Source: a virus
Lineage: Duplodnaviria > Caudoviricetes
DNA length: 39,186 bases
IMG/VR virus record: IMGVR_UViG_3300008110_000512
Coordinates: 1 to 39,186 of that record
Direction: 5' to 3' (one strand)
Shown here one piece after another: positions 1 to 9,036 of the stretch. Under the pieces are notes generated by a model. That model saw only the letters and a program-made list of their open reading frames with translations, made no database searches and was not told the origin of the DNA. Position 1 is the first letter of the stretch. The number at the start of each line of letters is the position of its first letter. The translations under genes were made by a program, and so were the position numbers.

Positions 1-1422
1 GGTCTGGAGACTAGTCACGTCGCTGATGGCGTGGGTATGCGCCGTCGGGGTACGGGCATCCGACAGGCGGGAGTCGTCGGCGCGGACAGCCTTGGTCGAA
101 CTGGTCGTTCCGCTCGCCGCAAAGTCGACGGCGAACGATCGACTCGCGCTCAGGTCGCCACCGCCAGACAATCCCGTTCCAGCCGTCAGGTTCAGGCTAG
201 CGTCGGCCTTGTTTGGGTCCGACACCGTGGCGATGTTCAACTGCGGCTTGCCGCCAGCAGTTCCCCACACGAATGACGCCGAGAGTTTGATCTCCTGTGG
301 ATCTCCGTTCGATGCTGGAGCACGACCAAGCAGGCTCGCCGCCTCGACGTCCTGCATCTTGGCGAACGTGACCGCGTTGGCGGCGATGGTTGGATCTGGG
401 TAGTTACCAGTCAGATCTCCGCCAGCGGGACCAGTAGGAGAACTACTTCCAGCAGGACCAGTCGGACCAGTCGGACCAGCAGCGCCGTCCGCTCCGTCCG
501 ATGCCATGATGGACCATGACGACGACGGCGGGGCGTCGTTGCTGTTCCCGATCTCGCAGATCCAAGTCTTGCCGTCGTACCTGACGACGTCGCCGATCGT
601 GTAGGTGTCGTTCGCGTCCCAAGTGCCCCGCCATCTGATGTTGCTGATGGCGGTGACTGGAGTCAGAGTGGCCCCTGAACAGGGCGGAACTGCATGTTCC
701 CGACGAAAGGGGCTCACGCGATTCGGGAGCAACCTCCCGTAGTCTCTCTGCTGTAAGCCGTCTTTTGTCGCCGCAGCACTGAAGATCGGCCCACTGTCGA
801 TCTCCATGAGTCTTGCGGTCAATCCCTCGTCTTCGTACGCCATTGCGAACGAACGTGCATACGCGATCAGCAGAGATTCCGCATATGCAGGGACGGGGAT
901 TATGAATGTCTCCTGAGTCGTGTCGGAGACGGTCTGCCATGACGCGCGGTAGCGCATCGTGATGGCGTCGGAAGCCGAAGCCTGTGGCGTCGGATAAAGT
1001 TCAAGCCTGACGGCGGGAAGCCCGCTTCCAGCGGTCAGTGGCGTCGTGTTGTTCGACTCGGCCCAAGGTCGCGACAGGGTGGCGTAGTACACGCCGTCCA
1101 TCAGCGCTGGCTCGGACATGTTCCTGATGATCTCCATGTGCTCTGGCGTCGTCAGTTCGACGCGCCATCCGAGCCCAGCCTTGGAGATCAAGGCGACGAT
1201 GTCCTCGACGTCGGTGGGAAGTGCCACCCACGACTGCTGCGCGACGGTGTTCAGGGGACGCGACGTGCGCTCCCTATACCGCCACGGCTTGGTGAACATG
1301 TACTGCCCAGCCTGATTGACGATCTCGGCGATTCGCTGGTCGCGAGTCATACCGCTCACGATCGACGGTTGACCGCCGAGCGCGAGAACGATGTGACTCT
1401 TGAGGTTGCCGTACGTCAGCAT
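1..1422 (-). CDS. Head-tail adaptor (tail tubular A-like) fused to CBM-like/collagen/tail-repeat fibre domain; 3' partial
   Basis: Not in the ORF track because it runs off the window. ATG at 1422 (MLTYGNLKSHIVLALGG...) stays open to base 1. The N-terminal ~230 aa look adaptor-like (VALPTDVEDI..., LELYPTPQASASDAITMRY). These are followed by WRGTWDANDTYTIGDVVRYDGKTW, Gly-X-Y (GAAGPTGPTGPAG) and DSRLSDARTPTAHTHAISDVTSL. Confidence 0.75.
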   Translation of the reverse strand, partial: MLTYGNLKSHIVLALGGQPSIVSGMTRDQRIAEIVNQAGQYMFTKPWRYRERTSRPLNTVAQQSWVALPTDVEDIVALISKAGLGWRVELTTPEHMEIIRNMSEPALMDGVYYATLSRPWAESNNTTPLTAGSGLPAVRLELYPTPQASASDAITMRYRASWQTVSDTTQETFIIPVPAYAESLLIAYARSFAMAYEDEGLTARLMEIDSGPIFSAAATKDGLQQRDYGRLLPNRVSPFRREHAVPPCSGATLTPVTAISNIRWRGTWDANDTYTIGDVVRYDGKTWICEIGNSNDAPPSSSWSIMASDGADGAAGPTGPTGPAGSSSPTGPAGGDLTGNYPDPTIAANAVTFAKMQDVEAASLLGRAPASNGDPQEIKLSASFVWGTAGGKPQLNIATVSDPNKADASLNLTAGTGLSGGGDLSASRSFAVDFAASGTTSSTKAVRADDSRLSDARTPTAHTHAISDVTSLQT

Positions 1423-1428
1423 GGAATT

Positions 1429-1456
1429 GGCTTGGCGGGGTTTCCCCCGCCAAGCC
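1429..1456 (-). terminator. Strong hairpin after the capsid/cement genes (attenuator or weak terminator)
   Basis: 12-bp perfect stem GGCTTGGCGGGG/CCCCGCCAAGCC with a GAAA loop on the minus strand. No U-tract; it ends 6 nt before the ATG at 1422. Confidence 0.55.
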
Positions 1457-1471
1457 GTTCAGTTGGTTGGA

Positions 1472-1969
1472 TCAGGCGGCGGTCGAGCCGATCACGAACC
1501 CGTTGAAGAGAACCTTTCGGCTCGCAGCAGTGACGGTGTTCGCGGCTTCAAGGAGAATTGCGACCGCTGGATTGCCAGCAGAAGCAGGGGCTCCAAGAAC
1601 GTTAGACGCGATCGGAGCAAGAACCTGACCAGCAGCCGTGCTTGCAGCGGTAGTGACCTTGGCATCGACAACGCCAGCGATGCAAACCGTGCAGCGGGAA
1701 CCCGCGGCAGCGGCCTCGGTCACGACACCCCAGACGCCGCCATCCTCTCCAGTTGCCGCAGCACCAGAAAGAACAACGACATTGAACCCGCAAGTCGGCT
1801 CGTCGAAGTTGACGAGGTTTGCGGCGTTACTAGAGGCGCTTGCGCACTGAATGTCGAACTTGACGATGTCTCCAACAGCAACGGCTGCGTGGGCGATGGG
1901 CTTGACGAGCACGGGCTGCGGGGTGAGAGCCGCGAGATTCCCAGAGGGAGTGATGAGTCCTGCGATCAT
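1472..1969 (-). CDS. Capsid cement/decoration protein
   Basis: 165 aa, Ala/Val/Gly-rich, directly after the MCP. Motifs VAVGDIV, GVWGVVTEAAAAG, AVAILLEAA. Confidence 0.65.
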   Translation of the reverse strand: MIAGLITPSGNLAALTPQPVLVKPIAHAAVAVGDIVKFDIQCASASSNAANLVNFDEPTCGFNVVVLSGAAATGEDGGVWGVVTEAAAAGSRCTVCIAGVVDAKVTTAASTAAGQVLAPIASNVLGAPASAGNPAVAILLEAANTVTAASRKVLFNGFVIGSTAA

Positions 1970-1990
1970 GTTGGTTGTTCTCCCTGTGGA

Positions 1991-3313
1991 TCAGGTGGTC
2001 GGGATGGGGGTGATGATGCCGTGGCGCTGGCGGCTGTTGCAGAACAGGTTGTGCCAGCAGTCGACGGGCATGACGTAGGTGAACGGCTGGTTCGGGTGAC
2101 GCAGCACCTCGTGCGTCTTGAAGTACCGCTTCGAGTGGAAGATCGGCGTGAGGTAGTTGCCGTTCACGAAGTAGAACCGCGGACCCTTGGCGATGGTGTT
2201 TGCGCCCATCTCGGTGCCGAACGCGGGGAACGCGCCGCTCGCCTGAATCTGACCGTCGTACGCATCAAACGTGTCCGCGACGCTGCTGCTGTCTGCGGCG
2301 AAGATCGCAGCCGTGTCAAGGTCGGAGCAGTAGGTGATGTCGATGCCCGAGTAGACGGGGTTGTTGTACGCCGCGTCTTGGTAGTTCACCAGCGTGTCGT
2401 TCGACAGACGGAGCAGTCGACGGTAGAACTGGACGCCCGCGCGCGAGGTGAGGATCATCTGGCGCGAGAGATTGTCGTTCTCGAAGTACTGCTGACGGGT
2501 CGCGGGAGCCTCGTACTTGAGGCGCATGAACATCGAGTCCAGCGCCGTGAAGAGCGAGTTGATGACGATGCTGCCAGCGCCTCCACCCTGAGCGAGCGTG
2601 TTGTTCTCCACTAACGTCTTTGAGGTTCCAGCGGATGACGGCTCGGTTCCGATGCCAACGCCCGCGTTGTAGCCGTACGGCTCGATGAGGTTGGACCAGC
2701 GCTGATCGACGGTCGGGTCGAGACCCATGACGGTCGAGGTGTTGGCCGCGCCCGTGAACGGACGGAGACCACGCAGGCCGAGCGCGCCGCCAAGGTTGCG
2801 ACCGAGTTCGGTGATGAAGAAGGGAAGCGAGTACGGAAGACGTCCCGACTCGACCTCCATCTGCGCGAGCGACGGGGGCGCCCACAGATCCTCCTCGAAG
2901 CCGTTGGTCATCGAGGTCCAGAGGCGCTGCTCCTTGATCTTCTTGAGGCGCTTGTAGGCGACCTTGGTGGAGCCAGCGCTCTCGCCCGTGTTGAGTTCGA
3001 CCTCGGCGTCGGTCCACGACATGTGGTCGATGCTGAAGCGCCACGGAGCCTTGATCGTGTCGGTTACCTGCGGGTTGCGCCAAGTGAACACGTCGTTCGG
3101 CTGGTAGTGGTCGTAGGTGCGCGAGTCATCGAACATGATGACGTCGCGGATCTCGTTGCCGCCCTGAACAGTGACCTCGCTGGCCTTGCTCTTCAGGAGT
3201 CGGGAGAATGCGTAGGTGTTCTTGACCGCCTCGTTGATGACGGCGTCGGCGCTGGTCAGGTAGGTCGGACCAGTCGTCTGCATGAAGTCGTTGAAGGTCT
3301 GGATCGAAGGCAT
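1991..3313 (-). CDS. Major capsid protein
   Basis: 440 aa, positioned after portal and scaffold. GGNEIR...F motif and C-terminal FYFVNGNYL...NLFCNSRQRHG are typical of HK97-fold podovirus MCPs. Confidence 0.85.
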   Translation of the reverse strand: MPSIQTFNDFMQTTGPTYLTSADAVINEAVKNTYAFSRLLKSKASEVTVQGGNEIRDVIMFDDSRTYDHYQPNDVFTWRNPQVTDTIKAPWRFSIDHMSWTDAEVELNTGESAGSTKVAYKRLKKIKEQRLWTSMTNGFEEDLWAPPSLAQMEVESGRLPYSLPFFITELGRNLGGALGLRGLRPFTGAANTSTVMGLDPTVDQRWSNLIEPYGYNAGVGIGTEPSSAGTSKTLVENNTLAQGGGAGSIVINSLFTALDSMFMRLKYEAPATRQQYFENDNLSRQMILTSRAGVQFYRRLLRLSNDTLVNYQDAAYNNPVYSGIDITYCSDLDTAAIFAADSSSVADTFDAYDGQIQASGAFPAFGTEMGANTIAKGPRFYFVNGNYLTPIFHSKRYFKTHEVLRHPNQPFTYVMPVDCWHNLFCNSRQRHGIITPIPTT

Positions 3314-3331
3314 GTTGCCCTCCGTGTTGGG

Positions 3332-4204
3332 TTAGCGGGAAAGGACTCTGCGGACATCGTCGCGTGTTCCACCAGAGAGCAGGATGTCGAGGGCCATGTC
3401 ATCCTTGTCGACCTCCTTGGTCGGACGGGATACATGGACTCCGACGCTCGGCTTGGCGATGCTGCGCGCATCCACCTTGCGGGGCTGTCCTGCGATCTTC
3501 GTGAACGCCGCGCGGATGATCGCGTCGACGGAGTCGTACGCAGCGGGATTGCTGCGTCCAAGTTCAGCCGCCTTCTCCAGAATCGCCTCGTAGGACGGTG
3601 CCTTCGCACCGTACTCCGAACGCATGTTCTGGTAGGCCATCTGCGACTCGTACTTGAGTTCGATCGCCTTGGTCTTCTCAAGGAGCGCCTGCTCCATCTT
3701 CTGCTGCATCGCGCGGATCGGCTTGGACGCCTCCTCGCCGAAGATCTCGGTGAACTCGGACAGCGGATCTGCATCCGCCTCCTTGTCATCGGTCTTGGCG
3801 CTGGCCTTCGGCGGTTCCGAAGGCTTCGGCGTCTCCTGCTTCTTGTCGGATGCGACCTTGGCACCGAATGCGTCAACGTCCGCCTGACGCTTCGCGGCCT
3901 TCAGACCCCACTCCTTCACCTTGGAAGGGCTGGCCTTGAGGGACTCGATGACGTCCGCGGGCACCCCATCGCGTTGCAGGGCACGAATCGCCTTGTCGTA
4001 CTCGGCGTCGTTCGCAATTGGCTCTGGGGTCGAGGTTTCCTGCGCTGACTCAGGGAAGTCGTTCGCGAGCAAACGGTCCAGAACGGCATCCATCTCGGCT
4101 TCGGAGTTGTCATCCACGGGCGTTTCGGCCTGTGGTGCTTCCTCGACCTCGGCAACTGCCTCGACCTTCGGCTCTTCTGTCTCTGGTGTGATGGGTTCTG
4201 TCAT
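3332..4204 (-). CDS. Capsid scaffolding protein
   Basis: 290 aa, acidic and helical/low-complexity, immediately upstream of the MCP. Confidence 0.7.
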   Translation of the reverse strand: MTEPITPETEEPKVEAVAEVEEAPQAETPVDDNSEAEMDAVLDRLLANDFPESAQETSTPEPIANDAEYDKAIRALQRDGVPADVIESLKASPSKVKEWGLKAAKRQADVDAFGAKVASDKKQETPKPSEPPKASAKTDDKEADADPLSEFTEIFGEEASKPIRAMQQKMEQALLEKTKAIELKYESQMAYQNMRSEYGAKAPSYEAILEKAAELGRSNPAAYDSVDAIIRAAFTKIAGQPRKVDARSIAKPSVGVHVSRPTKEVDKDDMALDILLSGGTRDDVRRVLSR

Positions 4205-4205
4205 T

Positions 4206-4499
4206 TCAGTCCTTCACATACCCGTGACGCGCCATGATCTCGCGCTCATGGCGTTTCGACTCCACGATCGGCTTGCCACCCTTCGCCGTCTTGCACCCCG
4301 CGAGATTCCGCGGAAGAGCCTGACTGACGTACGGGTACTGCGACCTGTTGGTCGCGGGATCGACCTGAACCGATAGACTCGGTACTCGGGTCAACCGCCT
4401 GCCTTCATGCTCGATAATACTCCCGATGCTGGGCGCTTCGCGCATCGGGTAGTCCAGTTCGATCAGATTTCCGTCCGAATCTTGAAACTCGTACTTCAT
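4206..4499 (-). CDS. Small protein between portal and scaffold (FmdB-like N-terminus without the Cys pairs)
   Basis: Likely start ATG 4499 (MKYEFQDSDG...) overlaps the portal stop as ATGA; 97 aa. Confidence 0.6.
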   Translation of the reverse strand: MKYEFQDSDGNLIELDYPMREAPSIGSIIEHEGRRLTRVPSLSVQVDPATNRSQYPYVSQALPRNLAGCKTAKGGKPIVESKRHEREIMARHGYVKD

Positions 4500-6265
4500 G
4501 CTCGGTTCGCCGCCGCCGCCAGTCCCGCCATGCTGCTGGCTGGGATCGGGGAGCGCTCTCCCATCTGGTTCATTCGCTGGTTGTCTGGCTGAGGAGGAGC
4601 CCCGATGCCCGCCATAGGGGCCATCGCTGGGTTCGGACCGCCGCCAGTGTCGATGATGTCCCCCAGATGGGGGATGTTCATGGCGTCGCCGACGATGGAG
4701 AGGATCTCCTTCCACTTGACGTTCGGCATCGCCATCGCCGCCTGCGCCACGGTTGTGGTGATCTGGAGCAGTTCGAGCGCCCGCTTCTGGACGAGGTTCT
4801 CGGACACCCGCTCCATGCTGTAGGAGTCGACGGCGATCTCCATGTCCTCCCACCCAGAGAAACCGACGCCGCCCTCGAAGACGGGTTCCGCCTCCAGAAG
4901 CGCGTTGACGCCCTCCTGACCGAGTGGGAGGAAGATTCGGTTGTCGTGCCACATGTACCAAGCCGTCTTGCGGCCCAGTTCGTCGACGGCTTCCTGAAAC
5001 TGGCGCTTCAGGTGGGCCATGCGCATGGTGGCGCTACTCTCGGCGACCGCGACCTCCGTGGCCGTGGCGGCTCCAGAGATGTTTCCGCGCATGGCGTCGT
5101 GGATTCCCGACACGCGGTCGAGTCGATCCTGCGCCATCTGGCTGTAGTTGACCTGCTGGGCGGTGATGCCGCCGATCTCAAGGTTGACCACGCGGTCCTT
5201 GTCCAGAGATTCGGACAGGACGATGTAGTCGTGGGGTCGGTCCTTCAGATCCTGCGCCAACTTGTGGTTGCGGCTGTCGACCATGACGAGCCGCTTGTAC
5301 GCGGCGGCGCTCGACCGCAGGCTGGTCAGGTGTGCGTTGAGATCCTCGACCTGCGACTGGATCGCGATCAGCGGCGACATGGGGTACGGATCGTCGGGGA
5401 TCGTGTACACGCCGAAGATGGTGTACGGACCCTGACGTGGACCGTAAAACGGGATCGGTCGGCGGATGTAGCCGCCCCACTTGGATCCAGAGGTAGCGCC
5501 CTTGACGATCGTGTAGATCGTTCCGTTCACCATGTTCGCGCCGAGCATGGTGTCGACGAGTTCCGCGGCGAGGTCGTCCACCTCGGGAACCCAGATCTCG
5601 TAGACGGTGATCTCCTTGCGGTCCTCGATGTGGCGACCGACGTCGTCGCGCGCCTCCTCGATGTCGGTGTTGACCGCGATGGCCTCGATCGCCTCCTCAT
5701 CCCAAGTGTCGTCCATGCGCGCCTTGGCGAGCAGGTCGGCCTTGTCGATGGCGTAGCAGTGCCCCATGTAGCGCGCGTCCTCCCAGTTCGTCGCCGCTGG
5801 GTCGAGGACGAAGCGCTCGGGGCTGATCCTGTACACGCGGGGAAGGTACGGCTCCTTGCCGTCCATCTGCCGCTTCTCGGCACGCGGTTCGTTGACCGTG
5901 AGGGCGACGCCCCACGCGAACAGCATGTCGGTCGCCACGCGCTCCAGAGTCCTGCGCAGGTTGGTCACGCGGGCCCACCTGTTCATCGCCACCTGAAGCC
6001 GCCTGCCGACGAGCATCTCCGCCATCGGACTACCCGATCGCACGCGGAACTTCGGGTTGTCGTGGATGATGCGCGGGAGCACCAGAGAGACGTACTCGTG
6101 CGAGAAGTTCTCTGGGTCGTCGTTGTGCATGTCGGACCTGTCGTCGCGGTACGCAGGTCCGTGGTACTTCTCGACCATCGACCGCATGCTGGAGAGATGC
6201 GCGTCGCGGAACTTCTCCGCGCCCTCCAGTTCGCGCCGCAGGTTGTCGAACGATGTGTCGAGCAT
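4496..6265 (-). CDS. Portal protein (P22-like podovirus type)
   Basis: 589 aa with NFSHEYVSLVLPRIIHDNPKFRV, RISPERFVLDP and ATATEV motifs; lies between terL and scaffold. Confidence 0.85.
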   Translation of the reverse strand: MLDTSFDNLRRELEGAEKFRDAHLSSMRSMVEKYHGPAYRDDRSDMHNDDPENFSHEYVSLVLPRIIHDNPKFRVRSGSPMAEMLVGRRLQVAMNRWARVTNLRRTLERVATDMLFAWGVALTVNEPRAEKRQMDGKEPYLPRVYRISPERFVLDPAATNWEDARYMGHCYAIDKADLLAKARMDDTWDEEAIEAIAVNTDIEEARDDVGRHIEDRKEITVYEIWVPEVDDLAAELVDTMLGANMVNGTIYTIVKGATSGSKWGGYIRRPIPFYGPRQGPYTIFGVYTIPDDPYPMSPLIAIQSQVEDLNAHLTSLRSSAAAYKRLVMVDSRNHKLAQDLKDRPHDYIVLSESLDKDRVVNLEIGGITAQQVNYSQMAQDRLDRVSGIHDAMRGNISGAATATEVAVAESSATMRMAHLKRQFQEAVDELGRKTAWYMWHDNRIFLPLGQEGVNALLEAEPVFEGGVGFSGWEDMEIAVDSYSMERVSENLVQKRALELLQITTTVAQAAMAMPNVKWKEILSIVGDAMNIPHLGDIIDTGGGPNPAMAPMAGIGAPPQPDNQRMNQMGERSPIPASSMAGLAAAANRA

Positions 6266-6272
6266 CAGTGCC

Positions 6273-6395
6273 TCACTTCTTCTTGCCGCCGCCCATGCCG
6301 CCGCCGTATCCGCCGCCCTTCGCGCCGCCCTTGCCGCCGTTCATGCCCTTGCGGCTACCTGCGTGGCACGAGCCCTTCTTGGTCGACTTCTTCAT
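6273..6395 (-). CDS. Small Lys/Gly-rich basic peptide (40 aa)
   Basis: MKKSTKKGSCHAG...GGGKKK; ATGA-coupled to the upstream gene. Confidence 0.55.
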   Translation of the reverse strand: MKKSTKKGSCHAGSRKGMNGGKGGAKGGGYGGGMGGGKKK

Positions 6396-6616
6396 CGCTT
6401 GCCTTTCTGTTGGTTGTCCACTGGCTTGACCGCCGTCAGCACCTGCTTGGCGACGACGGCGTTGACGAACATCATCAGACGCTGCGCGTCTGGCCCCTCG
6501 ATCTTGTCCATGTCGCGGGTGTCGGTGTACTTGACGTGCGCGCTGGTTCCGAAGAACGAGATCCGTTCGATTCGGTGGAGCGGCACGAAGACCTGTTCTG
6601 TGATCGGTACGAGCAT
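6392..6616 (-). CDS. Hypothetical protein (74 aa)
   Basis: MLVPITEQVFVPLHRIERISF...; TGATG-coupled to the upstream gene. Confidence 0.6.
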   Translation of the reverse strand: MLVPITEQVFVPLHRIERISFFGTSAHVKYTDTRDMDKIEGPDAQRLMMFVNAVVAKQVLTAVKPVDNQQKGKR

Positions 6617-7464
6617 CACCGTGCTCCGTTGAAGAAGTGCCTGACCCTGATCCAGTCGATGTCGAGTTTCGCCTCGCTGCCAGCGGATGCGGCGGAGCGT
6701 CCACGGAGCGTGACGCCGCTTCCGAGCGTTTCTCCCGAGACGGTGCCGTCTTGCAGCAATCCAACACCAGACCTCGTGTTGTATCTGGACGGGATGTACC
6801 GAGCGTCCGTCTCGCGGTGGACGATCTTCCCGTCGATCGTGAACGTGCAGATGTTCGCGGCGAGGTTGCAGTGGACGCCGAGCACGTTCCATCCACCGAG
6901 CGCGATGCCCGTGTCGACTTCCTTCCATGCTCCGCCATCCAATGCGCCGTTCGATGCGAGGACGACGATCCAGTTCTGCCGCGATCCCTGAGACACGAAG
7001 CATGCCGCGCAGTTGAAATCCGTAGGCGAACCAGTGTATGAAACATGCCCCTGCGAGAATCCGACGCGGGGAACCGAGAGACTGCTCGTGTCGGCGCTCT
7101 TGTCGAACCTGACGCGGGCGTAGCAGTCGCTCTCGAAGTCACCGAGCAGCAGCGTGCTGTTCTGCGCCTTCAACCTGTCCTGAATCCACTCTCTGGAGTT
7201 CGCGTTTGGAGCGGTGGCGGGCACCGTCATGCGCGTGTATCCGTGCACCGTGTCGGTGAACGCTGGAACCTGAACGACCGTGCCTCCAGATGTCGGATCC
7301 GTCGGCATCGTCAGGTTGAAATCGCCGCATCTCTGCTGGTTTCCGCTGTTTCCGACGCCAGATCCGCCGATTCCGTTGAAGAAGAACCGCGCGCAGAGCC
7401 GCGGATCGTACTCGCGCGGGTCTGGGGCGAGGAAATCGTTCGTGAAGAGGCGGGATCCAGCCAT
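6616..7464 (-). CDS. Beta-sandwich (ConA/LamG-like) virion-associated protein, paralog 2
   Basis: Start ATG 7464 (MAGSRLF), 282 aa, beta-rich. WNVLGVHC...FTIDGKIVH and LDIDWIRV resemble lectin-fold C-termini. Confidence 0.55.
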   Translation of the reverse strand: MAGSRLFTNDFLAPDPREYDPRLCARFFFNGIGGSGVGNSGNQQRCGDFNLTMPTDPTSGGTVVQVPAFTDTVHGYTRMTVPATAPNANSREWIQDRLKAQNSTLLLGDFESDCYARVRFDKSADTSSLSVPRVGFSQGHVSYTGSPTDFNCAACFVSQGSRQNWIVVLASNGALDGGAWKEVDTGIALGGWNVLGVHCNLAANICTFTIDGKIVHRETDARYIPSRYNTRSGVGLLQDGTVSGETLGSGVTLRGRSAASAGSEAKLDIDWIRVRHFFNGAR

Positions 7465-8213
7465 CACGCGCTCCTGTCGGTGAAGTATCGGAACTGCTGG
7501 AAGTCGATGTCCATCGTCGCGGCGGAGGAGATCGCTCCAGTCGCCAGCATCGACGTTCCAGCGCGGTAGTCCGTGGTCTGCGAGACGGAAAGAGGCATGT
7601 TTCCGTCCTGAACGTGGACGACGTCGTCGTTGATCTGGAAAACAGCCTTCTGTCCGTCGGCGGATGCCCAGATGGATAGCGTGTTCCACGCGGAATTGGA
7701 CACTCCAGTGTCCTTGGTGAACTTGTATCCAGCCGATCCAGTCCAGTTGGAGTACACGCCGACCTGCCAGTTGGCCTGAGCGCCGAACGTGAAGAAGCAC
7801 AAGGCGTTCCGCGAGTCGGGAAGGACGTTGGAGTCGTCGTAGAACCCGACTCGGACGAGGGTGTTCACGGCGCTTCCGCGCGTGTACTGGACCTTCGCCA
7901 TGAAATCGGCCTCGCAGACGCCTCCCTCAAGCGCTGGAGAGAGTCCAGATGCGCCATCTCGGACCTGAACGGTCGCGTTGATGACGCTGTCGGCTGGAAG
8001 GGTGAGCCTCGCGACCGCGGCGATCCTGTTCGTCTTCGAGAAGATCGACTCGAACGCGAGCGTCGGGGTCGTACCCGTCGCTCCAGCGGCGATGTTCGAC
8101 TGCCAGTCGCCCAGATTGCACATGTCGCTGAACTGTCGGAAGCACAACTCTGGGTTGTACTCCCTGACCTCAAGCGGGAAACTCTGGATCCTCTTCTGTC
8201 GCTGGATGCTCAC
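7464..8213 (-). CDS. Beta-sandwich (ConA/LamG-like) virion-associated protein, paralog 1
   Basis: Likely GTG start at 8213 coupled to the upstream stop. Motifs WNTLSIW...FQINDDVVH and MDIDFQQF. Confidence 0.55.
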   Translation of the reverse strand: MSIQRQKRIQSFPLEVREYNPELCFRQFSDMCNLGDWQSNIAAGATGTTPTLAFESIFSKTNRIAAVARLTLPADSVINATVQVRDGASGLSPALEGGVCEADFMAKVQYTRGSAVNTLVRVGFYDDSNVLPDSRNALCFFTFGAQANWQVGVYSNWTGSAGYKFTKDTGVSNSAWNTLSIWASADGQKAVFQINDDVVHVQDGNMPLSVSQTTDYRAGTSMLATGAISSAATMDIDFQQFRYFTDRSA

Positions 8214-8416
8214 GTCGCCTCCATCTGGCACTCGTCGCCGAGAAGCGGGGCCGCGCCCCGCATGATGTCCTCAAGACGCTCGGCCCTGAGCCTGAGCGCA
8301 ACGATCGTCCCTGCGGCCCTGTCGAGCAGGTCCGCGTCGCCATCGTAACCCAGTCTGCGGGCGGATTCGGAGTTCTGGCGAAGTTCCTCGACGATGTCCT
8401 CACTGCTGTGGGCCAT
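8210..8416 (-). CDS. Small helical phage protein (DIVxxLR...AAxxIxxLR type)
   Basis: 68 aa; shares its motif with 20164..20355. Confidence 0.55.
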   Translation of the reverse strand: MAHSSEDIVEELRQNSESARRLGYDGDADLLDRAAGTIVALRLRAERLEDIMRGAAPLLGDECQMEAT

Positions 8417-8582
8417 ACTTCCTCCTCTCGTAGTCGCGCATGAGCGACGTGATTCCCATCCTGACGATGTCCGCGACGCTGATGTGGCGCTTCCACTCCC
8501 CCGAATACTGGCGGGAAAGCCGCTTGAGGTCGTCGTGCGACGTCATGTCGATGCGGACGGTCTTGGTCGGCTTCCTCGGCAT
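8400..8582 (-). CDS. Ribbon-helix-helix-like DNA-binding protein
   Basis: MPRKPTKTVRIDMTSHDDLKRLS...SVADIVRMGI: alternating beta strand followed by two helices; TGATG-coupled. Confidence 0.6.
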   Translation of the reverse strand: MPRKPTKTVRIDMTSHDDLKRLSRQYSGEWKRHISVADIVRMGITSLMRDYERRKYGPQQ

Positions 8583-8803
8583 CAGCGCTTGGCCCTGTTG
8601 GCCGATCTGGAGACGACGCGCAGGTTGGACCTGCGGTTGTCCCGCGGGTTCCCGTTCCTGTGGTCGACGTCCTTGCCATCGCCCTTGGACACCCGACCCT
8701 CGCGCTCGGCCTCGCGGCGAACCTTGTTTCGGGAGGCGCGGTCCTTCTTGGACTTCTCGGAGGCGTGGAACTTGGCGTACTCCGCCTTGTAGTCGCGCGG
8801 CAT
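8582..8803 (-). CDS. HNH endonuclease-like protein
   Basis: MPRDYKAEY...KGDGKDVDHRNGNPRDNRRSNLRVVSRSANR: HNH-type DVDH..N..N motif. Confidence 0.8.
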   Translation of the reverse strand: MPRDYKAEYAKFHASEKSKKDRASRNKVRREAEREGRVSKGDGKDVDHRNGNPRDNRRSNLRVVSRSANRAKR

Positions 8804-9036
8804 CAGCACTTCCATCGCTTTCTCGCGGCGATGCCGCGCTCGCCAGTCCATCCAGCGGAACGGGCGCAGAACGACTTCTTCCGAGCGCCACCCTCGGGCT
8901 GGGGAGCCTTCAGGTTCGACCCAGTCTCGCGGTTGTACTTGGCCCGACCCTTCGCGGTCAGGCCAGCGCCCTTCGACACAGGCAGTTTCTCGCCACGTCC
9001 GACGGACAGGCTTGGACCGCGTTTCTTGGACGGCAT
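8803..9036 (-). CDS. Small basic phage protein (DUF6321-like)
   Basis: GLTAKGRAKYNRETGSNLKAP...RKKSFCARSAG...ARKRWKC signature. Confidence 0.7.
   Translation of the reverse strand: MPSKKRGPSLSVGRGEKLPVSKGAGLTAKGRAKYNRETGSNLKAPQPEGGARKKSFCARSAGWTGERGIAARKRWKC

Noticed and set aside
500-560. Possible frameshift in the adaptor-fibre gene
   Set aside because: Re-reading gives AAC GAC GCC CCG CCG in frame, so the ORF is continuous.
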